The notes below the pieces were generated by a model that was not told the origin of the DNA, made no database searches, and saw only the letters and a list, made by a program, of their open reading frames with translations. Source: Fidelibacterota bacterium (lineage in GTDB: Bacteria; Fidelibacterota; Marinisomatia; Marinisomatales; UBA1611). From it: 64,000 nt of DNA. The translations under genes were made by a program, and so were the position numbers. The stretch's first letter is position 1; every line of letters starts with the position of its first letter. The stretch covers positions 6,280 through 70,279 of the forward strand of contig JABHUQ010000111.1 in NCBI GenBank assembly GCA_018658715.1. The letters run 5' to 3'. Below, one piece after another: positions 48,822 to 57,493 of this stretch.

Positions 48822-50003
48822 ATGACAGCTTTTCCCTTAATCATACTTGGATTTTTATTACTCTTCTTGTTAGGGGCGGGTGTATTAGAGTTCCAACTTC
48901 ATCAGCGTGTTCTTGCTACGATTCCATTACGAATTCACGTAAATGGAACTCGGGGAAAATCTAGTGTAACGCGTCTAATAGCGGCTGGATTAAGAGCAGG
49001 CGGTTTACGCACATTTGCAAAAACAACTGGAACAGCGCCTCGTGTAATAGACATGGAAGGGAAAGATAGAATCATTCATCGACTTAGGTTACCATCCATA
49101 GGCGAACAGGTAAGGTTAATGTCTTTTTTCTCAAAAGAAAAACCAGATGCAATGGTGATGGAATGCATGGCAGTACAACCACAATATCAATGGATAGCAG
49201 AGCACCAAATGATTCAATCACAAATTGGCGTTATTACAAACACTCGACCAGATCATCTGGAAGAAATGGGACCAACAGAAAAGGATGTTGCATTGTCTCT
49301 ATGTAATACAATTCCAGAAAATGGAAGCTTAATTACAGGGGAAGTTGAAAAATATTCTATCTTAAAAGATGTGGCTGCTTCTCTAGATACATCTTGCATA
49401 TTATCCAACGAATCCACCGTTTCTGAAGATGAATTAAATGCCTTTAATTATTTAGAACATCCACAGAATGTAGCCGTTGCTTTAGATGTATGTGATGCCG
49501 TGGGTATTGATAGAAATGTTGCTTTAAGTGGGATGCAAAATGTGCAACCTGATTTAGGTGCATTGGTCGTTTGGAAATGTGGTTTTGATAATAAAACAAT
49601 TTCATTTGTAAATGGAATGGCTGCCAATGACCCTGTTTCAACTTTACAAATTTGGAAATTTATAATTGATCGATATCCTGCTAAAGGTGGAACATGTGTT
49701 TTACTGAATTCGCGTGAAGATCGACCTGTACGAACACGGCAAATGATAGAATTAACACTTGAAGAAATAAAACCAGATCATTTTATAGTCAGAGGGAATA
49801 AAGTAGACTCATTATTAGATCGTTTGCATCATCATTCGCCCTTGACTCAATTTCATACTATTGGATTAGATCAACCGACCCAAAAAACAATTGAAATGAT
49901 AAAAACTTTAACAAATGATTCATTGGTATATGCCATTGGGAATCAAGTGGGTGCTGGACAGGAAATTTTAAACCAATTAAACATGGTAAGAGTAAATGGT
50001 TGA
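48822..50003 (+). CDS. pgsB: Poly-gamma-glutamate synthase PgsB/CapB
   Basis: RIHVNGTRGKSSVTRLIAAGL, KTTGT, IGEQ, ECMAVQP, TNTRPDHLEEMG, AANDP. Confidence 0.95.
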   Translation: MTAFPLIILGFLLLFLLGAGVLEFQLHQRVLATIPLRIHVNGTRGKSSVTRLIAAGLRAGGLRTFAKTTGTAPRVIDMEGKDRIIHRLRLPSIGEQVRLMSFFSKEKPDAMVMECMAVQPQYQWIAEHQMIQSQIGVITNTRPDHLEEMGPTEKDVALSLCNTIPENGSLITGEVEKYSILKDVAASLDTSCILSNESTVSEDELNAFNYLEHPQNVAVALDVCDAVGIDRNVALSGMQNVQPDLGALVVWKCGFDNKTISFVNGMAANDPVSTLQIWKFIIDRYPAKGGTCVLLNSREDRPVRTRQMIELTLEEIKPDHFIVRGNKVDSLLDRLHHHSPLTQFHTIGLDQPTQKTIEMIKTLTNDSLVYAIGNQVGAGQEILNQLNMVRVNG

Positions 50004-50439
50004 AGTGTCAATTGGTTTAGGGATTGTTCTTAGTCTAATATTATCAGAATCGTTAGGTGTTACTGCAGGAGGCATTATTGTTCCTGGGTATATATCACTT
50101 TATTTGCATCAGCCGTTACAAGTTTTAATTACATTTGTAGTGGCAGCGATTGTATATGGAATTATTCATTTATTGAGTAAAGTTATGTTCCTATATGGAA
50201 AAAGACGATTGGTATTAGCATTAATTCTTGGCTTTTTCCTGGGGTATATATCGAGGCATTATATTTATTCGCCATTTGATAATTTATCTTTTGCTGTGAT
50301 TGGTAATATTATTCCAGGTCTCATAGCAAATTGGATGGATCGTCAAGGTGTTGTTCGAACATTATCAGTGGTTATTGTAACGGCAGTACTTGTAAAACTA
50401 TTGGTTATGATTATATTTGGAGGACAACTCGTTGTCTAA
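49996..50439 (+). CDS. pgsC: Poly-gamma-glutamate biosynthesis protein PgsC/CapC
   Basis: E.LG.TAGGIIVPGY, LYGKRR, IGNIIPGLIANWMDRQG. Confidence 0.95.
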   Translation: MVEVSIGLGIVLSLILSESLGVTAGGIIVPGYISLYLHQPLQVLITFVVAAIVYGIIHLLSKVMFLYGKRRLVLALILGFFLGYISRHYIYSPFDNLSFAVIGNIIPGLIANWMDRQGVVRTLSVVIVTAVLVKLLVMIIFGGQLVV

Positions 50440-51583
50440 TTATAAAAAACAACCCTTTATTCCAATGATTCAGAAAACATCTACTTTAGTAGGGCTAGCA
50501 GTATTAAGTATTGCATGTTTTACATTTTCAGTCAACAATAAAGTAATTGATGTTTCTCCTACATATGATTTAAAAGTAAAAGCAGCTCAATTAATGAAAA
50601 AGGGCATGGAAGAACTCAAACAAGCTCGAATGGAAAAAAGTATATTTGTTGATTTAGAGAATGACCCAAATGAAACAGGGTTGGTTGGGAGTCCATTTAG
50701 CTTAATAACGACTGATGAAGGTGATTTAGACGCAAAGCTTACGACTCTGGATCCTAACTTTTCTGCTGCATTAGTTGAACTTTATTATCGCGCAGGTCTC
50801 AAATCAGGTGATACTGTTGCTGTCTTACTAACAGGGTCAATGCCTGGTGGTAATATAGCTGCCCTAACTGCATGCAAAACGATGGGAATAACACCTGTAA
50901 CAATAACATCTGTCGGTGCATCTCAATGGGGAGCTAATCATGAAGATTTTACATGGCTCGATATGGAAAATATTCTTTTTCAAAAAAGTATTATTTCAAA
51001 TAGAAGTATAGCTGCTTCTATTGGAGGTAGGAATGATTTGGGACGATTATTGAGTCCTAAAGGTCGTGATCTTATTCGTAAAAATATTGCTGACCATGAA
51101 TTGCCCATTATTCATTATAATCGTTTAAAAAATAATATTCAGGAACGGCTCAAACAATTCTCATCAATATTGCCTATTAAGTCGTATGATGCATTTATTA
51201 ATGTTGGGGGTGGAGTTGCAAGTTTAGGAACATCTTTTAACCATAAGTTGCTCCCTCCGGGTGTAATTCTTCGGAATCATATAACTGACATTACACGTCC
51301 AGGTGGTATTGAGGGTGTGTTATCTCATTTTGCAAAACAGAATGTACCTGTTGTTCATATTTTAAACATTAAATCGCTCACGGAATCGTTAAACCTTCCA
51401 TTTGCACCAATACCAATTCCTGATATCGGTTCAGGCAAATTATATGCTAATGAGACATATAATCTCATTATTACCTTTTTAGCATTTATGGTTGTTGCAG
51501 GTGCTGTAGTAGGAGTTGGATTTCATAGTAAGAAAAGAATTAAGGAACACTTATTACAACATGAACCAGATAGTTTATTATAG
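50417..51583 (+). CDS. pgsW: Poly-gamma-glutamate system protein (PgsW-like)
   Basis: DPNETGLVG...ITT..G.LDAKLTT.DP, GSMPG, SVGASQWGAN, INVGGG; N- and C-terminal TMs. Start uncertain (TTG 50417 or ATG 50465). Confidence 0.85.
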   Translation: MEDNSLSNYKKQPFIPMIQKTSTLVGLAVLSIACFTFSVNNKVIDVSPTYDLKVKAAQLMKKGMEELKQARMEKSIFVDLENDPNETGLVGSPFSLITTDEGDLDAKLTTLDPNFSAALVELYYRAGLKSGDTVAVLLTGSMPGGNIAALTACKTMGITPVTITSVGASQWGANHEDFTWLDMENILFQKSIISNRSIAASIGGRNDLGRLLSPKGRDLIRKNIADHELPIIHYNRLKNNIQERLKQFSSILPIKSYDAFINVGGGVASLGTSFNHKLLPPGVILRNHITDITRPGGIEGVLSHFAKQNVPVVHILNIKSLTESLNLPFAPIPIPDIGSGKLYANETYNLIITFLAFMVVAGAVVGVGFHSKKRIKEHLLQHEPDSLL

Positions 51584-52442
51584 AAAAATTCTTATAACCA
51601 TTTTAGGTATTATTTTTGTAGGTACCTTAGATGCCACATTGTTGAAACCTTCGGAGAATGGTGAAAAGAAAGAAATACTCATAATTAATAAAAAAAGACG
51701 TCTGTATTATCCTGTGCAAAATGAAGGATTAGTTTACTCGGTCTCGGGTCCAATTCGGCTAGAGTTTATTTCTCGATATCCTATTCTTAAAAAAAATAAA
51801 AAAAGTCATCCATTCCAATACAAAATTGTTGTGAATAAACAGGATACTATTCAGGTAAAACATCGATATAAAATTCAAAAAAGGATTAAATCGGTTCAAC
51901 ACCCAAAGCACTATTACTCATATTCTGGGAATTATTTCATAAATATTCCAAAGGGTGAACATCATATTCAAGTTCTTCCATCAGGCAAATCAAAATATCC
52001 CGTTCTCTCTCGTGTATTAGCAAAAGATTTTGAAAAGGTTGGGAAAGAAAAGCGAATTATAATGCCAATGGTACATCAATCAGCTATTCCATTAAAAATC
52101 CAAGGGAAAAAAATGGATTATTATGAATGTTCACAGAAATTGCCACTTCAGATTGAATCTAATGGCCCTAAGTCGATTAAAATATTAAGTCGACTTTCAT
52201 TTAATGAATTAATGGGACAAGAATCTTCATATAGGGTTCGAATTAAAAGTGGTCAAAAAGTAGTTGGAACATTCTATTTTAACACTGAGCGATCATCTGA
52301 AACAACCATACCTGACCATCCTGAATGGGTACCAGGAAAATGGAGATCCTGTGAAATTAAGGTCCCAAAGGGTAAACATGTTTATACTATTAAAATTTTA
52401 GATGTAAACAAATCTATTTTGGCACGTTTTATTGAGTATTAA
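51561..52442 (+). CDS. Basic exported hypothetical protein with two repeated beta-rich domains
   Basis: Signal peptide; GPIRLEFISR...IPKGEHHIQV and GPKSIKILSR...VPKGKHVYTI; Lys/Arg-rich. Probable start ATG 51561. Confidence 0.7.
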   Translation: MNQIVYYRKILITILGIIFVGTLDATLLKPSENGEKKEILIINKKRRLYYPVQNEGLVYSVSGPIRLEFISRYPILKKNKKSHPFQYKIVVNKQDTIQVKHRYKIQKRIKSVQHPKHYYSYSGNYFINIPKGEHHIQVLPSGKSKYPVLSRVLAKDFEKVGKEKRIIMPMVHQSAIPLKIQGKKMDYYECSQKLPLQIESNGPKSIKILSRLSFNELMGQESSYRVRIKSGQKVVGTFYFNTERSSETTIPDHPEWVPGKWRSCEIKVPKGKHVYTIKILDVNKSILARFIEY

Positions 52443-53462
52443 ATGAACAGGTTCTTATTATTTGTAGTATTGGCCTCTACATTGGGTGCTAGTACGCCAC
52501 TTTATATGACTTTTGGATTGGAAAATGGCTATGACTCCAATGTATTAAGATTGTCTGAACTTGAAAAAGGGGAAGCTGCACATTACTTAGACATGTTAGG
52601 CGGTATGGAAACATTTGATTCCCACATACTTAAAGGATCTATTCAAGGGAAAAAAGAATATTATATTCGTGGTAGAGTTCTTGCATTTTCGGGCTCGTTT
52701 GGGTTAACAAATTATTCCCATTCTACACACAAGCAATATAATTCTCATCGTTTACTAGTTTCTTATAAATTAGGGTCATATAAAAAAATTGATTATTTGA
52801 TTAACCATTTAGATCAATACTATTTAAGGCATTATATAGATAGGGATATTTCTTCTACACTTTTAAATGCTGCTGCCTTTACAGATAGAAACCAAAGAAT
52901 TGGATTTTCATATCCATTATTAAAGCGTACATGGTTAAATATATGGGGCGGATATTTACAGAGATATTATAACAATCCATTTACAGAATTTGATTTAGAT
53001 ATATATTATGGAAAGATAAAAATAAATCGATCAATTCGAAAATTTGGTACGGTTGGAATTCAATTTGAACAGGGTAGAGCTGTAAATAAAACTTTTGGAG
53101 AAACGGCTGTAGCAAGTGATTTTGACAGGAGTTATAATTATTATCAATTCTATATCCCTATTAGCAAAACAAAACGGAACCGTTGGACAGATGGAGTTGG
53201 ATTTTCAACAAGGGCGGATATTCGTACCTATGATGCTGAAAATTTGAGTGATCCATTACATGCAGGGAGAAATCATTTAGATTTGAAACTAGATGTTTGG
53301 GCGAAAAAAAATATTACAGAATGGATTACGTTAAAGTCTACTCTTCGTTATCGATCACGAAGTACCAAGTCTCAATTTGAGTGGGTAGAATCTCTCAAGA
53401 GTTTTAGTCAATGGCAACTAGCGTGCAAATTAGAATGGAATATGATTTATGATAAATATTAA
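52443..53462 (+). CDS. Putative outer-membrane beta-barrel protein
   Basis: Signal peptide, GLENGYDSNVLR N-terminal strand, alternating aromatic/polar strands rich in Tyr and Arg, aromatic C-terminus. Confidence 0.65.
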   Translation: MNRFLLFVVLASTLGASTPLYMTFGLENGYDSNVLRLSELEKGEAAHYLDMLGGMETFDSHILKGSIQGKKEYYIRGRVLAFSGSFGLTNYSHSTHKQYNSHRLLVSYKLGSYKKIDYLINHLDQYYLRHYIDRDISSTLLNAAAFTDRNQRIGFSYPLLKRTWLNIWGGYLQRYYNNPFTEFDLDIYYGKIKINRSIRKFGTVGIQFEQGRAVNKTFGETAVASDFDRSYNYYQFYIPISKTKRNRWTDGVGFSTRADIRTYDAENLSDPLHAGRNHLDLKLDVWAKKNITEWITLKSTLRYRSRSTKSQFEWVESLKSFSQWQLACKLEWNMIYDKY

Positions 53463-54468
53463 TAAAAAGTTATTAATAGGGTTTATAGGATTCATCTTTT
53501 TATCAGGGTGTATGGAGCCCAAAACAGAATTGTTATGGGATGTAGAAACATATACCGTAATAGAGACAAATGGATTTTGTCGCTTTGTGGATATTCACAA
53601 TGATACCGCTTTTGTTGCTGCGGGACAGGCAGGGGTTCAAATTTGGGATTTGAATTCTGTCACAAAAATTATTGGCTTAGATCAATATTCGGCTTCACAG
53701 GATTTAAGTGATATTGCGCAAATAGAATATGCACCGACGATAAAAAAAATATTTGCACTTGAAAATAATAGCCGAGTGGTTATTATGGATTTGATTCATG
53801 GTGATTCCCTTGCTGTTCTAGGTGAAGAAATGAGTGAAAAAACACGAGAAATCCGCATTTTAGAAGGGAGTGATTCTTATATCATTTTAGCTGCTGATAA
53901 TGATGATGGATTAAAGTGGAATAAGTTTGATTTTTTTGCTGATTGGGGAATATGGTCCAATGTGGCGGGTACTGAATTATCCACACCAGGCAAACCTATG
54001 GGGTTGGACTATTTAAATGGGAATATTGCATTAGCAGTAGACCAACAAGGCATAGAACTTTGGACATTAGATTCTTTAGGTGCCGACCCTGTATTTGTAA
54101 ATAGACTAGATACACCGGGAAATGCTGAAAAAGTAACATTGACAGAAACAGGTGTTTTTGTAGCCTGTGATGATGCAGGAGCCAGGTATATTCCATTGGA
54201 TATTTTGTATTTACCTGTACAAGATAATTTATATATTGAAAAGCAATTTGCTGAAGATTTAACTGTGGACCACATTGCAGTTTCTGGAGATAAAGCTGTT
54301 TTGTCCGTCGGAGGAAAGGGAATTGCACTATACGATATTTCTAATCCTGGAAGTCCTGAACCGCGAGGAATATTTGATGTGGGATATACGTATTATTCCA
54401 CTTTTTGGGAAGAGAAGTTAGTCGTATGTACAAGAGAAGGGCTTGTTGTACTTAATATTATTCAATAA
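53449..54468 (+). CDS. LVIVD-repeat beta-propeller lipoprotein
   Basis: Lipobox LSGC; AFVAAGQAGVQIWD, LDTPGNAEKV, VFVACDDAG, GIALYDISNPGSP. Confidence 0.8.
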   Translation: MININKKLLIGFIGFIFLSGCMEPKTELLWDVETYTVIETNGFCRFVDIHNDTAFVAAGQAGVQIWDLNSVTKIIGLDQYSASQDLSDIAQIEYAPTIKKIFALENNSRVVIMDLIHGDSLAVLGEEMSEKTREIRILEGSDSYIILAADNDDGLKWNKFDFFADWGIWSNVAGTELSTPGKPMGLDYLNGNIALAVDQQGIELWTLDSLGADPVFVNRLDTPGNAEKVTLTETGVFVACDDAGARYIPLDILYLPVQDNLYIEKQFAEDLTVDHIAVSGDKAVLSVGGKGIALYDISNPGSPEPRGIFDVGYTYYSTFWEEKLVVCTREGLVVLNIIQ

Positions 54469-54478
54469 GAAAGAAAAA

Positions 54479-57400
54479 ATGAAACATATACACAAAATAA
54501 TTATTATACTTTTAAGTTCAATCTTATTTGGGCAAAACTTATTAAACGAAGCTGGAATTCCAATTCGTCAAGGAATTCACATAGAATGGTTTAAAACGGT
54601 TAGTCCAGGAACAGATGGGACCGCCATATTTGTATGGTCAGACAATAGATTTGGACCGCGTAATATTTTTGCTCAAAAAGTTAATGGAGATGGAGAATTA
54701 CTTTGGGGTGAAGCTGGTGCAGTTGTAACTGATCTACCAGGTAGACAGGAAGACCCTGTTTCTATTTCTGATGGAAATGGTGGTGTTTTTATTGCTTGGA
54801 TCGATTATCGTTTTGATGAAGAGGGGGATGTATTCTACCAACACATAGACTCTGATGGGTATAGATTACTTGATGATAACGGGATACCATTGGCTTTAAT
54901 ACCAAGCAAGCAAATATCAATAAATATGTGTACTGATAGTCTTGGTGGTGTATTTGTTACTTGGCAAGATAAGCGAAATCAGGTTGATGAAGATATTTAT
55001 GGAACCCATATTTCTTCAGATCATTTAGTGGTAGAGCCAGGATTAGGTGTGCCTGTCATTGTTGCCGGTGGAGCTCAAATGGCTAAGAGTATTGAATATG
55101 CTGGAAATAATGAAGCATTTATTGTTTGGGCTGATGCACGAAATGGCGGAAATATGGACATTTATGGTCAACGATTGGATATGAATATGAGTCCACTTAT
55201 GACTAGTGATGGATTTCCTGTTGCGTCATCTGATATGCTCGAAACACGTCCTAGAACAACTTATATGTCGAATAATCAATCATTTGTAACATGGAAGTCT
55301 GGCGATGAAAGTTCAGAAATTTTATATCAAATTATAGATCCTAATGGTTTTGTGCTAATGGCGCCTGTTAAAGTTTCACAATTTGATGCGATTCAGAAAT
55401 CACCACGTATCAAACGAAATGCCAACGGAGAAGTATTTATTAGTTGGACAGATTTAAGATTTGATTCAATTGATGGTGATATATTTTTCCAAAAAATTGG
55501 ATTGGATGGAACTATTTTATGGGGAGACGGAGTTCAGTTGGATACATCCGATGAAAAAAATCTGAATGGACGATTTGCAGGAGACGAAAATGGTGGATTA
55601 TATGTTGTATGGGAAAGAGGCAGCTTCCCCGATACGGATATTCCTGCTCAATATTTTTCTCCTGATGGTGTAGCAGAATGGACAAATGATCAGCATATCT
55701 CAAATGCGAATGGGAATCAAGATGCTCCAAATGTTGTTTATTCTGCAGATATTGGTTTATTTACAATTTATGGAGACAAATCATCTGGAAGTGTCGATTT
55801 GCGAGTTGATTACCCTCTGGATGGTAGTTCTCCTTTCTCTGAGAATGATATTCTTGGTGCAACAGGAATGGATGGCGATGTAAAATATATTAAGGGATTC
55901 AATGCAAATGCAGGTGAATCCATTTTATTATGGGAAGATAACCGTTATTCACAAAAGATTTATGCTGATCGTGCCATTAATGAAGATTTAGAACATACAA
56001 ATGGAGTCCAAATTACTTATTCAGATGATTCTGCATCTGATGATGATTTAACTTATCCTCGATATCATTTTGATGGGAATCATTTATATGTTGCCACATT
56101 CGATGGTTCTGGAACACCAAAATCCATGCGTATCAATAAATTAACCACGGATTTTGAAAATGTTTGGGGTGACTCAGGTGTAGTAGCTACTAGTTCAATG
56201 GATCAGTGGAATGGGCAGCTCATAGGTCTTGATGGAACAATCGGTTGTTTTTGGAGTCAATATCAATCCATAAGCATGGATGCATTTTTTCAACGATTTG
56301 ATGATAATGGTACACCATTACTAGATGGAAATGGGAAAGTATTATTAGATGGATGGAATGATGAATTCTTATTAAAAGCATTTAATACACCTGATAATAA
56401 AATTATGATATTCTGGTTGGATAATGCATGGCATAATGCAACATTGAAAGTTAAAAAAATAGATTTAAATGGAAATCTAGCTGTAGGTTGGCCATCCGAT
56501 GGGTATAACTTGAGTGCTGGTGTTTATGAAATACATGATTTTAGTGCCAATATTGTTTCAAATGACGATGGTATTTTTACAGCATGGCGACAAACAACAA
56601 GCACAGAAACGGAAATATACGGCCAAATGGTTGATTGGGATGGAAATATGGTTTGGGGTGATGCTGGAATTTCTATATCTAATGCTGAGCAAGATCAGGT
56701 GAATCCATCCATGGATATTGATCCTATAGGCAAAACTGCTTTTGTAGCTTGGGAAGATTTAAGGAATGGAAATGATTATAACATTTATGGACAAGAAATA
56801 GATTTAATTACAGGTGAATTATCCGGCGAAGCTGTACAATTTTCATCTGATACAACCCAACAATTAAAACCATACGTAAAAAATGTATATGAAAATCACT
56901 ATTTTATTTTGTGGGAAGATGGACGTGGATTTAATACAATAGACCCACTGCTAACAGGTGGGACAGATATTTATGGCGCAGGGTATAGAACAACAATTGG
57001 TATGACATCCGAAATAGATGGATTTTCTGTTGTAAAGAATTATCATGACCAAAAAGATATTCAAGTGACATCTTACAATCAAGAATCGCAATATTTGCTC
57101 CATTGGATTGATTTAAGAAGTTCAGGGAAAGAAGATATTTACAATTATTACGGTCGTATTGTTGAAGTGGCTGATTTACTGAATGTAAAAGACGATCATG
57201 AAGTTTGGGCTCAAGATTTTAGCCTCCATTCAGCTTATCCAAATCCATTTAATGGTGCAGTTCAATTTTCATTCAATATGAAAGGAACAAACCCAGTCGA
57301 ATTTGCAATATTTGACCTAACAGGTAGAAAAGTTTCTGATCGCTTAATTCTTCCTAATGCATCTGGGACATATCAGATTTCATGGAATGGTACAGATATG

Positions 57401-57490
57401 CGTGGAGTAGATTTATCTAGCGGAATATATTTTTATCAGTTCAAAGCTAATAACGTAATAATTAAAGATAAAATTACATACTTAAAGTAA
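54479..57490 (+). CDS. Secreted repeat (beta-propeller) protein with C-terminal sorting domain
   Basis: Many DG.GG.FI.W.D.R...DIY.Q...G...W repeats; AYPNPFN...SSGIYFY...KITYLK CTD. Probable start ATG 54479. Confidence 0.8.
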   Translation: MKHIHKIIIILLSSILFGQNLLNEAGIPIRQGIHIEWFKTVSPGTDGTAIFVWSDNRFGPRNIFAQKVNGDGELLWGEAGAVVTDLPGRQEDPVSISDGNGGVFIAWIDYRFDEEGDVFYQHIDSDGYRLLDDNGIPLALIPSKQISINMCTDSLGGVFVTWQDKRNQVDEDIYGTHISSDHLVVEPGLGVPVIVAGGAQMAKSIEYAGNNEAFIVWADARNGGNMDIYGQRLDMNMSPLMTSDGFPVASSDMLETRPRTTYMSNNQSFVTWKSGDESSEILYQIIDPNGFVLMAPVKVSQFDAIQKSPRIKRNANGEVFISWTDLRFDSIDGDIFFQKIGLDGTILWGDGVQLDTSDEKNLNGRFAGDENGGLYVVWERGSFPDTDIPAQYFSPDGVAEWTNDQHISNANGNQDAPNVVYSADIGLFTIYGDKSSGSVDLRVDYPLDGSSPFSENDILGATGMDGDVKYIKGFNANAGESILLWEDNRYSQKIYADRAINEDLEHTNGVQITYSDDSASDDDLTYPRYHFDGNHLYVATFDGSGTPKSMRINKLTTDFENVWGDSGVVATSSMDQWNGQLIGLDGTIGCFWSQYQSISMDAFFQRFDDNGTPLLDGNGKVLLDGWNDEFLLKAFNTPDNKIMIFWLDNAWHNATLKVKKIDLNGNLAVGWPSDGYNLSAGVYEIHDFSANIVSNDDGIFTAWRQTTSTETEIYGQMVDWDGNMVWGDAGISISNAEQDQVNPSMDIDPIGKTAFVAWEDLRNGNDYNIYGQEIDLITGELSGEAVQFSSDTTQQLKPYVKNVYENHYFILWEDGRGFNTIDPLLTGGTDIYGAGYRTTIGMTSEIDGFSVVKNYHDQKDIQVTSYNQESQYLLHWIDLRSSGKEDIYNYYGRIVEVADLLNVKDDHEVWAQDFSLHSAYPNPFNGAVQFSFNMKGTNPVEFAIFDLTGRKVSDRLILPNASGTYQISWNGTDMRGVDLSSGIYFYQFKANNVIIKDKITYLK

Positions 57491-57493
57491 AAT

